From an uncultured Prolixibacteraceae bacterium (GTDB lineage Bacteria; Bacteroidota; Bacteroidia; Bacteroidales; Prolixibacteraceae), in assembly GCA_947085485.1 (NCBI GenBank), contig CAMTWS010000005.1:5967-69966 (forward strand): a stretch of 64,000 bases of DNA, given 5' to 3'. The notes beneath the pieces are model-generated. The model saw only the letters and a program-made list of their open reading frames with translations. It had not been told where the DNA came from and did no database searches. Both the position numbers and the translations under genes were made by a program. Every line of letters begins with the position of its first letter. Position 1 is the first letter of the stretch. Of the stretch, positions 8,996 through 19,296 are shown one piece after another.

Positions 8996-11139
8996 AAGCA
9001 GATAAAATACACCAGTACTATTTCCACGATGTGAACAAACCACCGGTGCAGATTGACAGACGTGAGTTCCTGAAAAATATTGGAGGTGGGATTATCATTG
9101 TTTTTTCCATCAGCCAAATGGGTTTCCTTACGGGATGTAAGCCCCGGAATGGTGGCGAATTCCCTGAATTCAATGCCTATCTGCGGGTAAAAGAAGATGG
9201 CCGTGTTGATTGTTTTTCAGGGAAAATTGAAATGGGGCAAGGCGCCAACACATCACTGGCACAGGCGCTTGCCGACGAACTGGAAGTAGGTATCGACAAG
9301 ATAGATATGATTATGGGCGACACTGACCTTTGCCCGCACGACGACGGTACCTGGGGTTCAATGACCTCCCGTTTCCACGACCCGGTAATCAGGGCTGCGG
9401 CAGCCGAAGCCAGGGAAGTTTTAAAAAAGCTGGCAGCTGAGAAATTAGATGTTACGCTGGAACAACTCATAGCTGAAAACGGGGTTATTTATGTTGAATC
9501 GGACAGAAACAAAAATGTTACTTATGGCGATCTCACAAAGGGCAAAAAGATAATTCAAACCATAAGTGAGAAACCCGTTCTCAAAAAACCGGGTGATTTT
9601 AAAATCATCGGGAAATCCCATCTTCGTTTGGATTCGGTTGAAAAAGTTACAGGAAAAGCGCTTTTTTCTGCCGATATTCAGTTGCCGGGCATGTTGTACG
9701 CCAAAATTGTGCGACCGCCTGCACACGGTTCAAAACTGATTTCGGTTGATACTTCCGCAGCCGAATCAATCCAGGGAGTTCAGGTACTCAGGGAAGATGA
9801 TTTTATTGTCGTACTTCACGCTTCTTATGAAATTGCAGAACAGGCTGTTTCAATTGTCAAAGCTGAATGGGAGAAACCAGCATCGAAAGCAAATAACGAA
9901 ACCATTTTCGAACATATCCTGAAAACAGCAACCGAGAGCAATGTTCGGCACGAGGGGGGAAGTTTGGAAACAGGGAAAAAGGAGTCGGGATTTCTTTTCG
10001 AAAATGAATACCACGACGGCTACAAAGCTCACGCTACAATCGAAACCCATGCCGCAACCGCAGTTTTTAAAGATGGGGCGCTCACCATGTGGGCTTCGTC
10101 GCAAACCCCTTTTGGCACGCGCGAAGAAGTGGCAGGAGCACTCAAACTGCCAAAGGAAAAAGTGCATTTGAAACAAATTTTTCTTGGCGGTGGATTTGGC
10201 GGGAAAATTTACAACCGCCAGGCAACCGAAGCTGCCCGGATCGCAATGATGGTGGAAGGTACGCCCATTCAACTGATGTGGAGCCGGAAGGAAGAATTCA
10301 TGTACGACATGTTCAGGCCTGCCGCCGTAATTAAAGTAAATTCGGGTGTTACCAAAGATGGGACAATAAAATTATGGGATTTTAATATATTTTGTGCCGG
10401 CGACAGGGGAACCGAACTGTTTTACGGTGTACCCAACCATCGCACCACCACATTCGAAGGACCGGAAGTACATCCGTTCGGAACCGGTGCATGGCGTGCG
10501 CCTGGTAACAATACCAACACATTTGCCCGCGAGGTGCAAATCGACATTATGGCAAATAAAATCGGCATGGATCCTCTGGAATTCAGATTAAAAAACATAA
10601 ATAACGAAAGGGCCCTAAATTCGCTGAAATTGGCTGCCAATAAATTTGGATGGACAACAACCAAACCACCCAAAGGCACTGGCCGGGGGATTGCCGTTGG
10701 AACCGATGCGGGTACACTGGTTACCGTAATTGTGGAAGTTAATGTCGATTCAAAAACCGGCGCCGTGAAAGTAAACAGGGCGGTTGTTGGCCAGGATATG
10801 GGCCAGGTAATCAATCCCGAGGGTACAATAACTCAGTCTGAAGGTTGCGTAAATATGGGGCTTGGCTACTCGCTTACCGAAGATGTTGTATTCGACTGGG
10901 GAGAAGTTAAATCGGCCAATTTTGGCGATTACAGCCTGCCGCTGTTTTCAACCATCCCCGAAATTATTGAAACTGTATGGGTTGATGCAATGGACCAACC
11001 GCCTCAGGGAGGGGGAGAGCCTGCAATTATTTGCATGGGGGGCGCTGTTGCAAATGCTGTGTTTGAAGCCTGCGGTGCAAGGGTTTTCAGGTTGCCTATT
11101 ACTAAGGAACGGGTTTTGGAAGCTTTAAAAAAAGGGTGA
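8992..11139 (+). CDS. Molybdopterin-dependent oxidoreductase large subunit (IorB/aldehyde dehydrogenase type) with Tat signal and lipobox
   Basis: DRREFLK...FLTGC, KIEMGQG, GTWGSMT, LGGGFGGK, WRAPG, QGGGEP. Confidence 0.9.
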   Translation: MKADKIHQYYFHDVNKPPVQIDRREFLKNIGGGIIIVFSISQMGFLTGCKPRNGGEFPEFNAYLRVKEDGRVDCFSGKIEMGQGANTSLAQALADELEVGIDKIDMIMGDTDLCPHDDGTWGSMTSRFHDPVIRAAAAEAREVLKKLAAEKLDVTLEQLIAENGVIYVESDRNKNVTYGDLTKGKKIIQTISEKPVLKKPGDFKIIGKSHLRLDSVEKVTGKALFSADIQLPGMLYAKIVRPPAHGSKLISVDTSAAESIQGVQVLREDDFIVVLHASYEIAEQAVSIVKAEWEKPASKANNETIFEHILKTATESNVRHEGGSLETGKKESGFLFENEYHDGYKAHATIETHAATAVFKDGALTMWASSQTPFGTREEVAGALKLPKEKVHLKQIFLGGGFGGKIYNRQATEAARIAMMVEGTPIQLMWSRKEEFMYDMFRPAAVIKVNSGVTKDGTIKLWDFNIFCAGDRGTELFYGVPNHRTTTFEGPEVHPFGTGAWRAPGNNTNTFAREVQIDIMANKIGMDPLEFRLKNINNERALNSLKLAANKFGWTTTKPPKGTGRGIAVGTDAGTLVTVIVEVNVDSKTGAVKVNRAVVGQDMGQVINPEGTITQSEGCVNMGLGYSLTEDVVFDWGEVKSANFGDYSLPLFSTIPEIIETVWVDAMDQPPQGGGEPAIICMGGAVANAVFEACGARVFRLPITKERVLEALKKG

Positions 11140-11154
11140 AATTACATTTCATCA

Positions 11155-11198
11155 ACTCCGGACTTCCGACTCCGGACTTCCGACTTCGGACTTCCGGC
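11155..11198. repeat. 7-bp tandem repeat (actccgg/acttccg) x6
   Basis: actccgg acttccg actccgg acttccg acttcgg acttccg, just after the stop codon. Confidence 0.9.
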
Positions 11199-11269
11199 TT
11201 TTTCAAAATAATTCAAAATAAAGAAGCAGAAACCTATCAGGAATTCACGCCTGAAGATAATAGGCACTT

Positions 11270-11718
11270 GCCTTGCAGGAAACCATTTTCCGTGAACCTG
11301 GGCTTCCCCTCGAAAATGTGCGGGTTATCGTATCATTTGTGGGTGGGGGTTTTGGAGGAAAATCGGCACACAGTCAAGGGGTTGAAGCTGCACGGCTCGC
11401 AAAAATAACGGGAAAACCGGTGATGTTTGCCCGGGACAGAAAGGAAGAATTCTTCTGCGATACTTTCCTTCTGTGTGTGGTGGTGAAGATTACTTCGGGA
11501 ATGGATAAATCGGGAACTACGAAATACCAAAATTTTCGTGGCTGCCAAAAATTGAAACCGTTATTCCCGACCGCAACGAACCACCGCAGGGAGGCGGCGA
11601 ACAGGCCATAATCTGCATGGGCGGTGTGATTGCCAACGCCATTTTCGATGCTGTAGGAGCAAGACTTTATCAAATGCCAATGACCCCGGAAAGGGTGTTG
11701 GAGGCGATGAAAAAATAG
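11270..11718 (+). pseudogene. Collapsed remnant of a second Mo-hydroxylase large subunit
   Basis: Middle fragment GLPLENVRVIVSFVGGGFGGK...EAARLAKITGKPV...RKEEFF is fused out of frame (~11515) to the C-terminus NYEIPKFSWLPKIETV...PPQGGGEQAIICMGGVIANAIFDAVGARLYQMPMTPERVLEAMKK*; paralogous to 8992..11139. Confidence 0.85.
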
Positions 11719-11973
11719 GTTTTACTGGTACCAACTTTCGATTAGCAAGTAAGCCGGACATGATAAGAGGTTATTTTTATCTCATTGAAATTGTTTACTT
11801 TTTTAGGCATTCGATAGAATTCGCAAGCACATTTCGACCTCTTTTTTGTGAATTTTGAAAATCCTAATGAACTCAGGTTATCATTGTATTGATTTACGAA
11901 TATTCCCCTTAACCGTAAAATATTGTTTATCAGAATAAAATCTATAAATTTGATTGCATAAAAAATTAGAGCT

Positions 11974-13090
11974 TTGAATATTGCCTTCGTCGGAGATAAA
12001 GAATTCATCAGAAAGCTTACAGAAATAACACTGGCTAATTTGGAAAACGAGGCTTTCAGCTGGAAGGAAATTTCGCGTGAAGTTGGCGTGAGTGTTACCT
12101 TCCTTAACAAAAGGTTGCATTTTGTTTTACATAAAACAATCAGCCAGTTTATTCGTGAGGTGCGATTGCAACGTGCAATGGAACTGCTTCAGGAGGAAGT
12201 ACTTACAGCGGCTGAAGTATCTTTAAAAGTCGGATTTGGCAGCCCCGCCTATTTTAATACCTGTTTTTCTGAATTCTTTGGAATAACCCCGGGAGAAGTT
12301 AAAAGAAGAAGTTTGAACGGGGCAATTGAAAATGATAATGGTATTTCCACTAAAACAGAATCTGCTGTTGTCAATCATTATTTTATTTCATTTTTTTAAT
12401 AAACAGTTTCTGAACGTTATAACAAAAAACTGGAAGATGTTTTCAACCTTCAGAGTGAAGTCGTCATGAAAGTTGCTTCCGAAATTAAAGCAGCCATTAC
12501 ACCAGAAGAGAAAAAGTTGATTGAAAAAGTACCTACCACAAATTCGGCTGCCTTGAATTTGTTTTTTCAGGCGAATGAATTGCACAATATTGCAGATGCC
12601 GGGAATAACAGCGAATTGGACAATAAAGCTGAGATTTTGTATAAAAAAGCAATTCAATTTGATTCAACATTTGCAAACCTGTATGTTTCGCTCGGATGGA
12701 TTATCTCCAACAGAGATTTGGTCAGCTTTTTATCTGGCAGACAAAGCTTTACATTTTGATAAAAATAATTACGAGGCTTGCACACTGAAGGGTTTTGTTT
12801 ATTACAAGAAAGGAATGGAGAAAAAAGCAGAGGAAGAATATTTACAATCTCTCAGATATAATTCTAATAACTCGTTGACATACAGACTTTTAGGAGAATT
12901 GTATTTTTGGGATGGTGAATGTTCAAAGGCTATTGAAAATCAATTGAAAGTATTTCATCTGGAAAATGATCCGATGCAGGAAAGAAATAATTTGAAGAGT
13001 TTATGTTTGAACTTATACAGTATGGGATTTTATGCTGAAGGAACAAAATATGCAGACAACACCTGGAAAACCATTTTAGCAGGATTTTGA
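11974..13090 (+). pseudogene. Fragmented AraC-HTH / TolB-N / TPR regulatory protein
   Basis: AraC HTH (IREVRLQRA...VGFGSPAYFNTCFSEFFGITPGE) stops at 12399. It resumes as SERYNKKLEDVFNLQSEVVMKVASEIKAAITPEEK (12409+), with a second frameshift near 12720 into TPR-like helices, then truncates. Confidence 0.75.
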
Positions 13091-13123
13091 TAAAACCATG
13101 AAAGATTAAAATCTCAAAATATC

Positions 13124-15973
13124 TTACAGACTCGTAATGCGATGAATGAGGTTTTCATCATGTTCCAGGTTCATCTTTTTACGTAAACGGTAACGATGGT
13201 TTTCAACACCGCGAAACGAAATGCCCAACAATGGCGCTATTTCCTTCGACGAAAGGTTCATGTGCAAATAGGCACACAATCGTAAATCGCTCTGTGTTAG
13301 TTGGGGAAAAGAGGATTTCATTTTTGTGAAAAACTGCTCGTGTGCCCGTTCGAAATTGTTCTCAAAAACCTGCCAGTCGTCCTGGCTCGAAATATTTTCA
13401 TCGATTTTTTTGTTCAGATAGTTATAATACTTGTCGGGATACCGGCTTCCCAATTCTACTTTATGTTTGTCGATAATCTCCTTGAGATCCATCAGAAATT
13501 CATTTTTTTTGATAATTGACATGGTTGAGTTGGCCAGTTCTTTGCTCTTGAACTCAATTTCGTCCCTCAATTTTGCATTCCTCAGCCTGATCAGTTCTTT
13601 TTCCCTTTCCTCGTGTTGTTGCTGTTCCTTTCGCCTGGCCATCCTGATTCCCCATCTTCTGGACAACAGCAGTATTGCAACAATTACAAGCATATAAAAA
13701 AGAATGGCTGGCGTTGAAGCATACCATGCCGGTAAAACTTCAAACGAAAGGGTGAAAACCTGACTTTCATTTTTCCACAAGTCGATGGCTTTTACCTGTA
13801 GTACGTATTTGCCCCTGGGCAGTCTCTCGAACCTCAACTCAGGATTGATCGACATAACTGACCAGTCGGTAGTTAAATCCTCGAGTTTGTATTGATAAGA
13901 AACCGACAAATCGGTAAAATGCGGGAACGAGAAACGAAGGTAAATGTTGTTAAAATTGTTTTTGATTTTGATTGTTGAACTGTTGTTTGGCAATGGTATG
14001 ATTTTGTCGCGGTTGGAAAACAGTTCCAGTTGTCTCAGAACAGGTTTAAAATTTGCAATTGAATTTCCTTCATCCGATACCGAAGCGTCAAGGGTGGCAA
14101 TTCCGTTTTGTAAACAGAGCAGCGCTGTTTTTTCGCCCGTTGGAAAAATATTTTCAAATCCATCAACAAGAGGAGGATTTTTAAAAAGCGAAACCGGGTA
14201 TTCTTTGATAAGGATTACACTATCCTGAAGAATGGAAAACAGGCCAATGTTTTTCTTGCTGATAAACCAATAGTTGTGGTTTGGCGCTTCAATGATCCGG
14301 TGTGCCGATGCATACTCGCCCAAGGCCATGTTCAGTGACGGATGGATTACAATTCTGTCCTTCAGATCGTCGTAGGTAAAAATATGTTCGCCGGTGGTGA
14401 AAACTATCCGGTTTTTAACATTAAACACGTTCACCGGAAGGTTTTTTTTGAAAATTCCTTCCCCGTAATATTTTACATCGGTTACCGAATATCGATTGTC
14501 ATCGGTCGTAATTTTATATATTCCGCGGTGTAAATGACTTGCCCAGATATTTCCAAGATGATCGATTTCGATATACCTGATTAGATCTGAAAAATCACCA
14601 ATCCTGTTCCTGAACCTGTATGTACCGCCGGTTTTTTTATAAACCATCAGGTCGGTGTAAGTTCCTTGTATCAGCAGATCGGGGTTTTTTGGGTCTGTTT
14701 TGATGATAAATCCGCCTGACTGATTTGAGATTTGCAAAGCTTTTGTTCCTTCCACTACAAAAGTTCCCTGGTTGTGGCCCACCCACAATTGACCGTCAAT
14801 TACCTTGCAGTCCCAAATTTGCCCCTGTGTTTTAGGCACAAGCACATAGTTTTTACTGTCACCATTTAATGGTTTCACAAATAAACCCTGGTTGGTTCCC
14901 AGATAACGGTATCCGTTAAAAACCGACATGGCGTAAATAGCCCCCACCCCGGGGATGTCCTCAATCGAAAATCCTTTGTTACTGCCCTGGGGAATAAACC
15001 CAATCCCGTCGTCGAGAGCAAGCCAGAGGTTTTGCCATTCATCGGCTTCAATTGCAAGCACAGTATTGTTTGGGAGGCCGTTTTGAGCATTGATTTTCAT
15101 TACAAGGGTTCCCGTTTCATCAAACACAACAACACCATCGATAATAGTGCCAATAATAATATGTCCGTTTTTCGAATAAAAGCCACGGTTTAATTCGTAT
15201 TTAATGAAATAATCGGTCCATTGGTTATTCCATTGTACGATTTCCCTGCCGTTCCAAACAAAAATTCCGTGTGATGCGGTTCCTATCAATAATTGGTCAT
15301 CCTTAAAAGGGGTAAGAAACTGGACCAGTTTATTTTTAAAAAAATCGCCGTTTAAAAAAGGTTTGATCGACCCGCCCACTATTTCGTAAATCCCCACATC
15401 TCTTTGAGCAACCAGTACCTTGTTGTTTACTTTGCTCATTACCGAAATAAAAGGGGGCAAATCCAAAACAGAAACTGAATCTTCATGATAAGCCAGTATC
15501 CGGTTAAACGACTGGAAATAGACAAAACTGTCGGTAACTGCAATGTTCCAGAATTCGATGTTTTTGAACAAATGACTTTTTGCCTTTTCGGTGAGTGAAT
15601 AATAATGGAGCTTTCCAAATTCATCGGGTTTCCAGTATCCCAGTTCTATGTAACCGCTTGTGTATATTGTTGAGTCGTTCTGCACTTTCACCGCACGCAG
15701 AATGGTTTCGTCAGGTAATTTGTACAATTGCCAACTGGTACCGTCAAATTCGAGCAATCCCTGGTGATTGGCGAAATATACAAATCCGTTTGGAGATGAA
15801 CTTACACCCCAGTTTTGCCGGGCGGCATTATACGTAATTTTTTTAAACGACTTGACATTTTTTGAAAAACTATCTGAATCCGGTTCTGCAAATGTCAGTA
15901 CAGGCAGTATCAGACAAAAAAAAACGAATATTTTGAAACCTGACATGCTGAATTTTATTAACCCTTTTGCCAT
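13124..15973 (-). CDS. Membrane-spanning PUL regulator: periplasmic beta-propeller + Y_Y_Y domain, TM helix, C-terminal LuxR-type HTH
   Basis: QNWGV/GLLEFDG propeller repeats, YQYKLE...LPRGKYVLQVKA, PAWYAS-TM, LCAYLHMNLSSKEIAPLLGISFRGVENHRYRLRKK; divergent from susC. Confidence 0.88.
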   Translation of the reverse strand: MAKGLIKFSMSGFKIFVFFCLILPVLTFAEPDSDSFSKNVKSFKKITYNAARQNWGVSSSPNGFVYFANHQGLLEFDGTSWQLYKLPDETILRAVKVQNDSTIYTSGYIELGYWKPDEFGKLHYYSLTEKAKSHLFKNIEFWNIAVTDSFVYFQSFNRILAYHEDSVSVLDLPPFISVMSKVNNKVLVAQRDVGIYEIVGGSIKPFLNGDFFKNKLVQFLTPFKDDQLLIGTASHGIFVWNGREIVQWNNQWTDYFIKYELNRGFYSKNGHIIIGTIIDGVVVFDETGTLVMKINAQNGLPNNTVLAIEADEWQNLWLALDDGIGFIPQGSNKGFSIEDIPGVGAIYAMSVFNGYRYLGTNQGLFVKPLNGDSKNYVLVPKTQGQIWDCKVIDGQLWVGHNQGTFVVEGTKALQISNQSGGFIIKTDPKNPDLLIQGTYTDLMVYKKTGGTYRFRNRIGDFSDLIRYIEIDHLGNIWASHLHRGIYKITTDDNRYSVTDVKYYGEGIFKKNLPVNVFNVKNRIVFTTGEHIFTYDDLKDRIVIHPSLNMALGEYASAHRIIEAPNHNYWFISKKNIGLFSILQDSVILIKEYPVSLFKNPPLVDGFENIFPTGEKTALLCLQNGIATLDASVSDEGNSIANFKPVLRQLELFSNRDKIIPLPNNSSTIKIKNNFNNIYLRFSFPHFTDLSVSYQYKLEDLTTDWSVMSINPELRFERLPRGKYVLQVKAIDLWKNESQVFTLSFEVLPAWYASTPAILFYMLVIVAILLLSRRWGIRMARRKEQQQHEEREKELIRLRNAKLRDEIEFKSKELANSTMSIIKKNEFLMDLKEIIDKHKVELGSRYPDKYYNYLNKKIDENISSQDDWQVFENNFERAHEQFFTKMKSSFPQLTQSDLRLCAYLHMNLSSKEIAPLLGISFRGVENHRYRLRKKMNLEHDENLIHRITSL

Positions 15974-16254
15974 TGTTTAAATATAAAAGCAGCTTTAAAG
16001 GTAAGTTTTTTTATCATTCGAATCATCATTTGCTTTGATTTTGGTTTTTTTCAAAATGATTTGTTTAAAAAATGAAAACATAAGTATCAAATATAGAATG
16101 AAATAAGTCAGTTGTGAATTGAAATGATGAGTAAGCGATGAGGTGGATAATAAGTTTCACTTTTGTTGGAGAATCAGAAGTGTAGGATTAAAATTTTAAA
16201 TGGATTCAGGGTAGTTTATCTTTATTGTCAATAATTAATTCAAATCTAACAGCT

Positions 16255-19200
16255 ATGAGAAAATTAATTCTTTTTTTCTTTCTCTCATTGTTGATTACTA
16301 CGCTGACAGCCCAGGAAAAAGCGGGTATTTCAGGAAAGGTAATCGACAATACAGGGTTAGGTTTACCGGGCGTTTCCATTCTTGAGAAAGGAACGGTAAA
16401 TGGTACAGTAACAGATATGAACGGGAACTACGCCCTTCAGGTATCACGACAATCAACACTTGTTTTTAGCTTTATCGGGTTTGTGACACAGGAAATTCCT
16501 GTTGCCGGCAAAACCACGATCGATATTAAAATGGCCGAATCGATTGTTGGGCTCGACGAGGTAATAGTGGTTGGTTATGGCAAAATGGTTGTAAAAGACC
16601 TTACTTCATCCATTACCACGGTAAAAGCCGAAGAGTTGGTGAAAAGTCCGTCGGGACAGGCCATGCAGGCTTTGCAGGGAAAGGTGGCAGGTTTGCAGGT
16701 AGTAAGTTCGGGAGCCCCGGGCGACGCGCCAACCATTCGTGTCCGCGGTATCGGCTCGTACCCGGGCAGGGAAAATGAAGCGCCGCTTTATGTGGTTGAC
16801 GGTATGTTTTATGATAACATCGATTTTTTGAACACTGCTGATATCTCCTCCATATCGGTGCTGAAAGATGCATCGGCTGCCGCCATTTACGGGGTTCGGG
16901 CAGCAAACGGTGTTGTTTTAATCGAAACAAAATCGGGAGGGTATGAACAAAAGGCAGAAATTTCGTATGATGGCTATTTTGGAACTCAGGTAGCTCAAAA
17001 AGTGTTAAAAATGGCCAATGCCGAACAGTTTGCCACAATGGCAAATGAATCGGGTTCGGCTGCCGATGCAGGTTTTATATTGAACGCAATGCAGAAATAC
17101 GGCCGCAGCCGTATTAACCCGAATGTGCCCGACGTAAATACCGACTGGTACAATGAGATACTGCGACCTGCGTCAATTCATAACCACAGTGTAAACATTA
17201 CCGGCGGAAGCAAGCAGGCTTCGTATGCTCTCGGAACCAACTATTTTGCACAGGACGGTATCCTCGATATGAAAAACGAATACCAGCGGTTTAACCTTCG
17301 TTCAAAGATTGATTTTAAAGCTACCGACTGGCTAACTGCTGGGGGAAATGTGATATTCAGCAACGCTTTGAAATACAACGATGAAGCAGCCGCCTGGAAC
17401 CAGGCATATTTTGCTGTTCCGGTAATGCCGGTTTACGACGAATCGAACACTGCCGCCTGGCCTGAACCATGGGCCAATGCACAGAACCTTGGATACAGAA
17501 GCGGGCAAAACCCTTTCCCCACACTAAAACATAACGAGAACCAACTGAAAATTAAAAAATTGCTGGCCAATTTTTATGCACAGTTTGAAATTCTACCCGA
17601 TAAACTTTCTTTCAAAACCACATACAGCCATGCTTTCTCGTCACTCGACGAGCGAAACGTGAATTTACCTTATTACATTGGCGATAGTTTTCAAAGGCCT
17701 GATGCAACTTTGACAAAACGCATGTCAAATTTTTCAAATCAAATATGGGATAATGTGCTTACATACACCGACAGGTTCGACAAACACAGTGTGATTGTGA
17801 TGGCCGGCCAGTCGTACCGCGATGAGGCTTATCACGGATTGGGAGCTCAGGGAATCAATTTCCCGATTGATCAGGAGCAGGCATGGTATATCGACCAGGC
17901 CGAAACCGTTCCACCCTCTGGAGTAAGCGACGATGGATTACGCCAGTACGGCATATCGTATTTCGGGAGGTTATCATACAATTATAACGATAAATACCTG
18001 TTGTATGCCACCATGAGAGCTGACGGCAGTTCGAAATACCAGCAAAAATGGGGGTACTTCCCCACCATTGGCCTCGGCTGGGTAATATCCGAAGAAAGCT
18101 TTATGGAAGATGTTAAGGGCCTGGACTATCTGAAACTTCGTGCAAGCTGGGGACAATTGGGCAATGATAAAATTCAGGCCAGCGACGGTGCATCCACAAC
18201 TACAGTAGTAAATACAGTTCTCGATGGTGTAATGGTTTCAGGCACAACCACCACGAGCACCTATTCTTCGCTTAAATGGGAGCTTACCGAAGAAACAAAC
18301 ATCGGGTTAACCTCCCGGTTATTTAACAACCGTTTGTCAGCCGACCTTGATTATTACATTCGCGACACAAAAAATGCTGCCATTTATGTAAAAATTCCTT
18401 CATCTACCAGCAGTGTGCTAAAGAATGTGGGTGTTATCAGAAACTCAGGTTTTGAAGTAACCTTGAACTGGGCCAACGAAATATCGAATGATTTCAGTTA
18501 TAATGTCGGGGTGAATTTCTCGACACTCAAAAATGAAGTCCGCGATTTGTACGGGCAGCCCTATATCGATGGAGGAATGGCCGAATTCCGCCAGCGTTCG
18601 ATGGTTGGCGAACCGCTGCTTGCTTTTTTTGGTTACAAGGTGCTGGGAGTTTATCAGAACCAGTCTGAAATCGATTCCGATCCTTCAGCTCCTGCCGGCG
18701 CTGTTCCCGGCGATCTGAAATACAAGGATCAGCAAAAACAGGGTGAACCTGGTTTTGGCGTTATCAACGATGACGACCGCGTAGTTTTGGGTTCCTACTT
18801 CCCGACATTTATGTATGGTTTCAATATTGGCATTTCATATAAAAATTTCGATTTTTCGGCCAACATGAGCGGACAAAACGGTAACTCGATACTAAACCGC
18901 AAAAGGGGCGAAATAATCTGGACCGCAGGTGAAAATGTGGATGCCGACCTGGCCAAAAACCGCTGGCACGGCGAGGGTACTTCAAACAAATACCCTTCAT
19001 CGGCAGGTTTGCGCAAGGGGTGGAACCAGAAAATGAGCGACTATTTTGTCGAAGATGGTTCTTTCTTCCGTATTCAGAATGTTCAGGTGTCGTATAATAT
19101 AAAAGACAAAAAAATATCCGGTGCAAATCTGCCGGAATCAAAGATTTCCCTCACCGCAGAACGTCCTCTGACGTTGTTTAAATACAACGGTTTCAACCCC

Positions 19201-19278
19201 GAAGTGGCCAACGGGATAGATACACAAACCTATCCTATTCCGGCAGTTTATACTGTAGGGCTAAGTATAAAATTTTAA
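16255..19278 (+). CDS. susC: SusC/RagA TonB-dependent transporter
   Basis: Signal peptide MRKLILFF, CarboxypepD-like domain, VVVGYG, PLYVVDG, VLKDASAAAIYGVRAANGVVLI, C-terminal YPIP...GLSIKF. Confidence 0.95.
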   Translation: MRKLILFFFLSLLITTLTAQEKAGISGKVIDNTGLGLPGVSILEKGTVNGTVTDMNGNYALQVSRQSTLVFSFIGFVTQEIPVAGKTTIDIKMAESIVGLDEVIVVGYGKMVVKDLTSSITTVKAEELVKSPSGQAMQALQGKVAGLQVVSSGAPGDAPTIRVRGIGSYPGRENEAPLYVVDGMFYDNIDFLNTADISSISVLKDASAAAIYGVRAANGVVLIETKSGGYEQKAEISYDGYFGTQVAQKVLKMANAEQFATMANESGSAADAGFILNAMQKYGRSRINPNVPDVNTDWYNEILRPASIHNHSVNITGGSKQASYALGTNYFAQDGILDMKNEYQRFNLRSKIDFKATDWLTAGGNVIFSNALKYNDEAAAWNQAYFAVPVMPVYDESNTAAWPEPWANAQNLGYRSGQNPFPTLKHNENQLKIKKLLANFYAQFEILPDKLSFKTTYSHAFSSLDERNVNLPYYIGDSFQRPDATLTKRMSNFSNQIWDNVLTYTDRFDKHSVIVMAGQSYRDEAYHGLGAQGINFPIDQEQAWYIDQAETVPPSGVSDDGLRQYGISYFGRLSYNYNDKYLLYATMRADGSSKYQQKWGYFPTIGLGWVISEESFMEDVKGLDYLKLRASWGQLGNDKIQASDGASTTTVVNTVLDGVMVSGTTTTSTYSSLKWELTEETNIGLTSRLFNNRLSADLDYYIRDTKNAAIYVKIPSSTSSVLKNVGVIRNSGFEVTLNWANEISNDFSYNVGVNFSTLKNEVRDLYGQPYIDGGMAEFRQRSMVGEPLLAFFGYKVLGVYQNQSEIDSDPSAPAGAVPGDLKYKDQQKQGEPGFGVINDDDRVVLGSYFPTFMYGFNIGISYKNFDFSANMSGQNGNSILNRKRGEIIWTAGENVDADLAKNRWHGEGTSNKYPSSAGLRKGWNQKMSDYFVEDGSFFRIQNVQVSYNIKDKKISGANLPESKISLTAERPLTLFKYNGFNPEVANGIDTQTYPIPAVYTVGLSIKF

Positions 19279-19296
19279 CCATTAACAGATAACAAC

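Noticed and set aside
11155..11198. Short tandem arrays as a CRISPR array
   Set aside because: Units are 7-8 bp with no unique spacers, and no cas genes are present.
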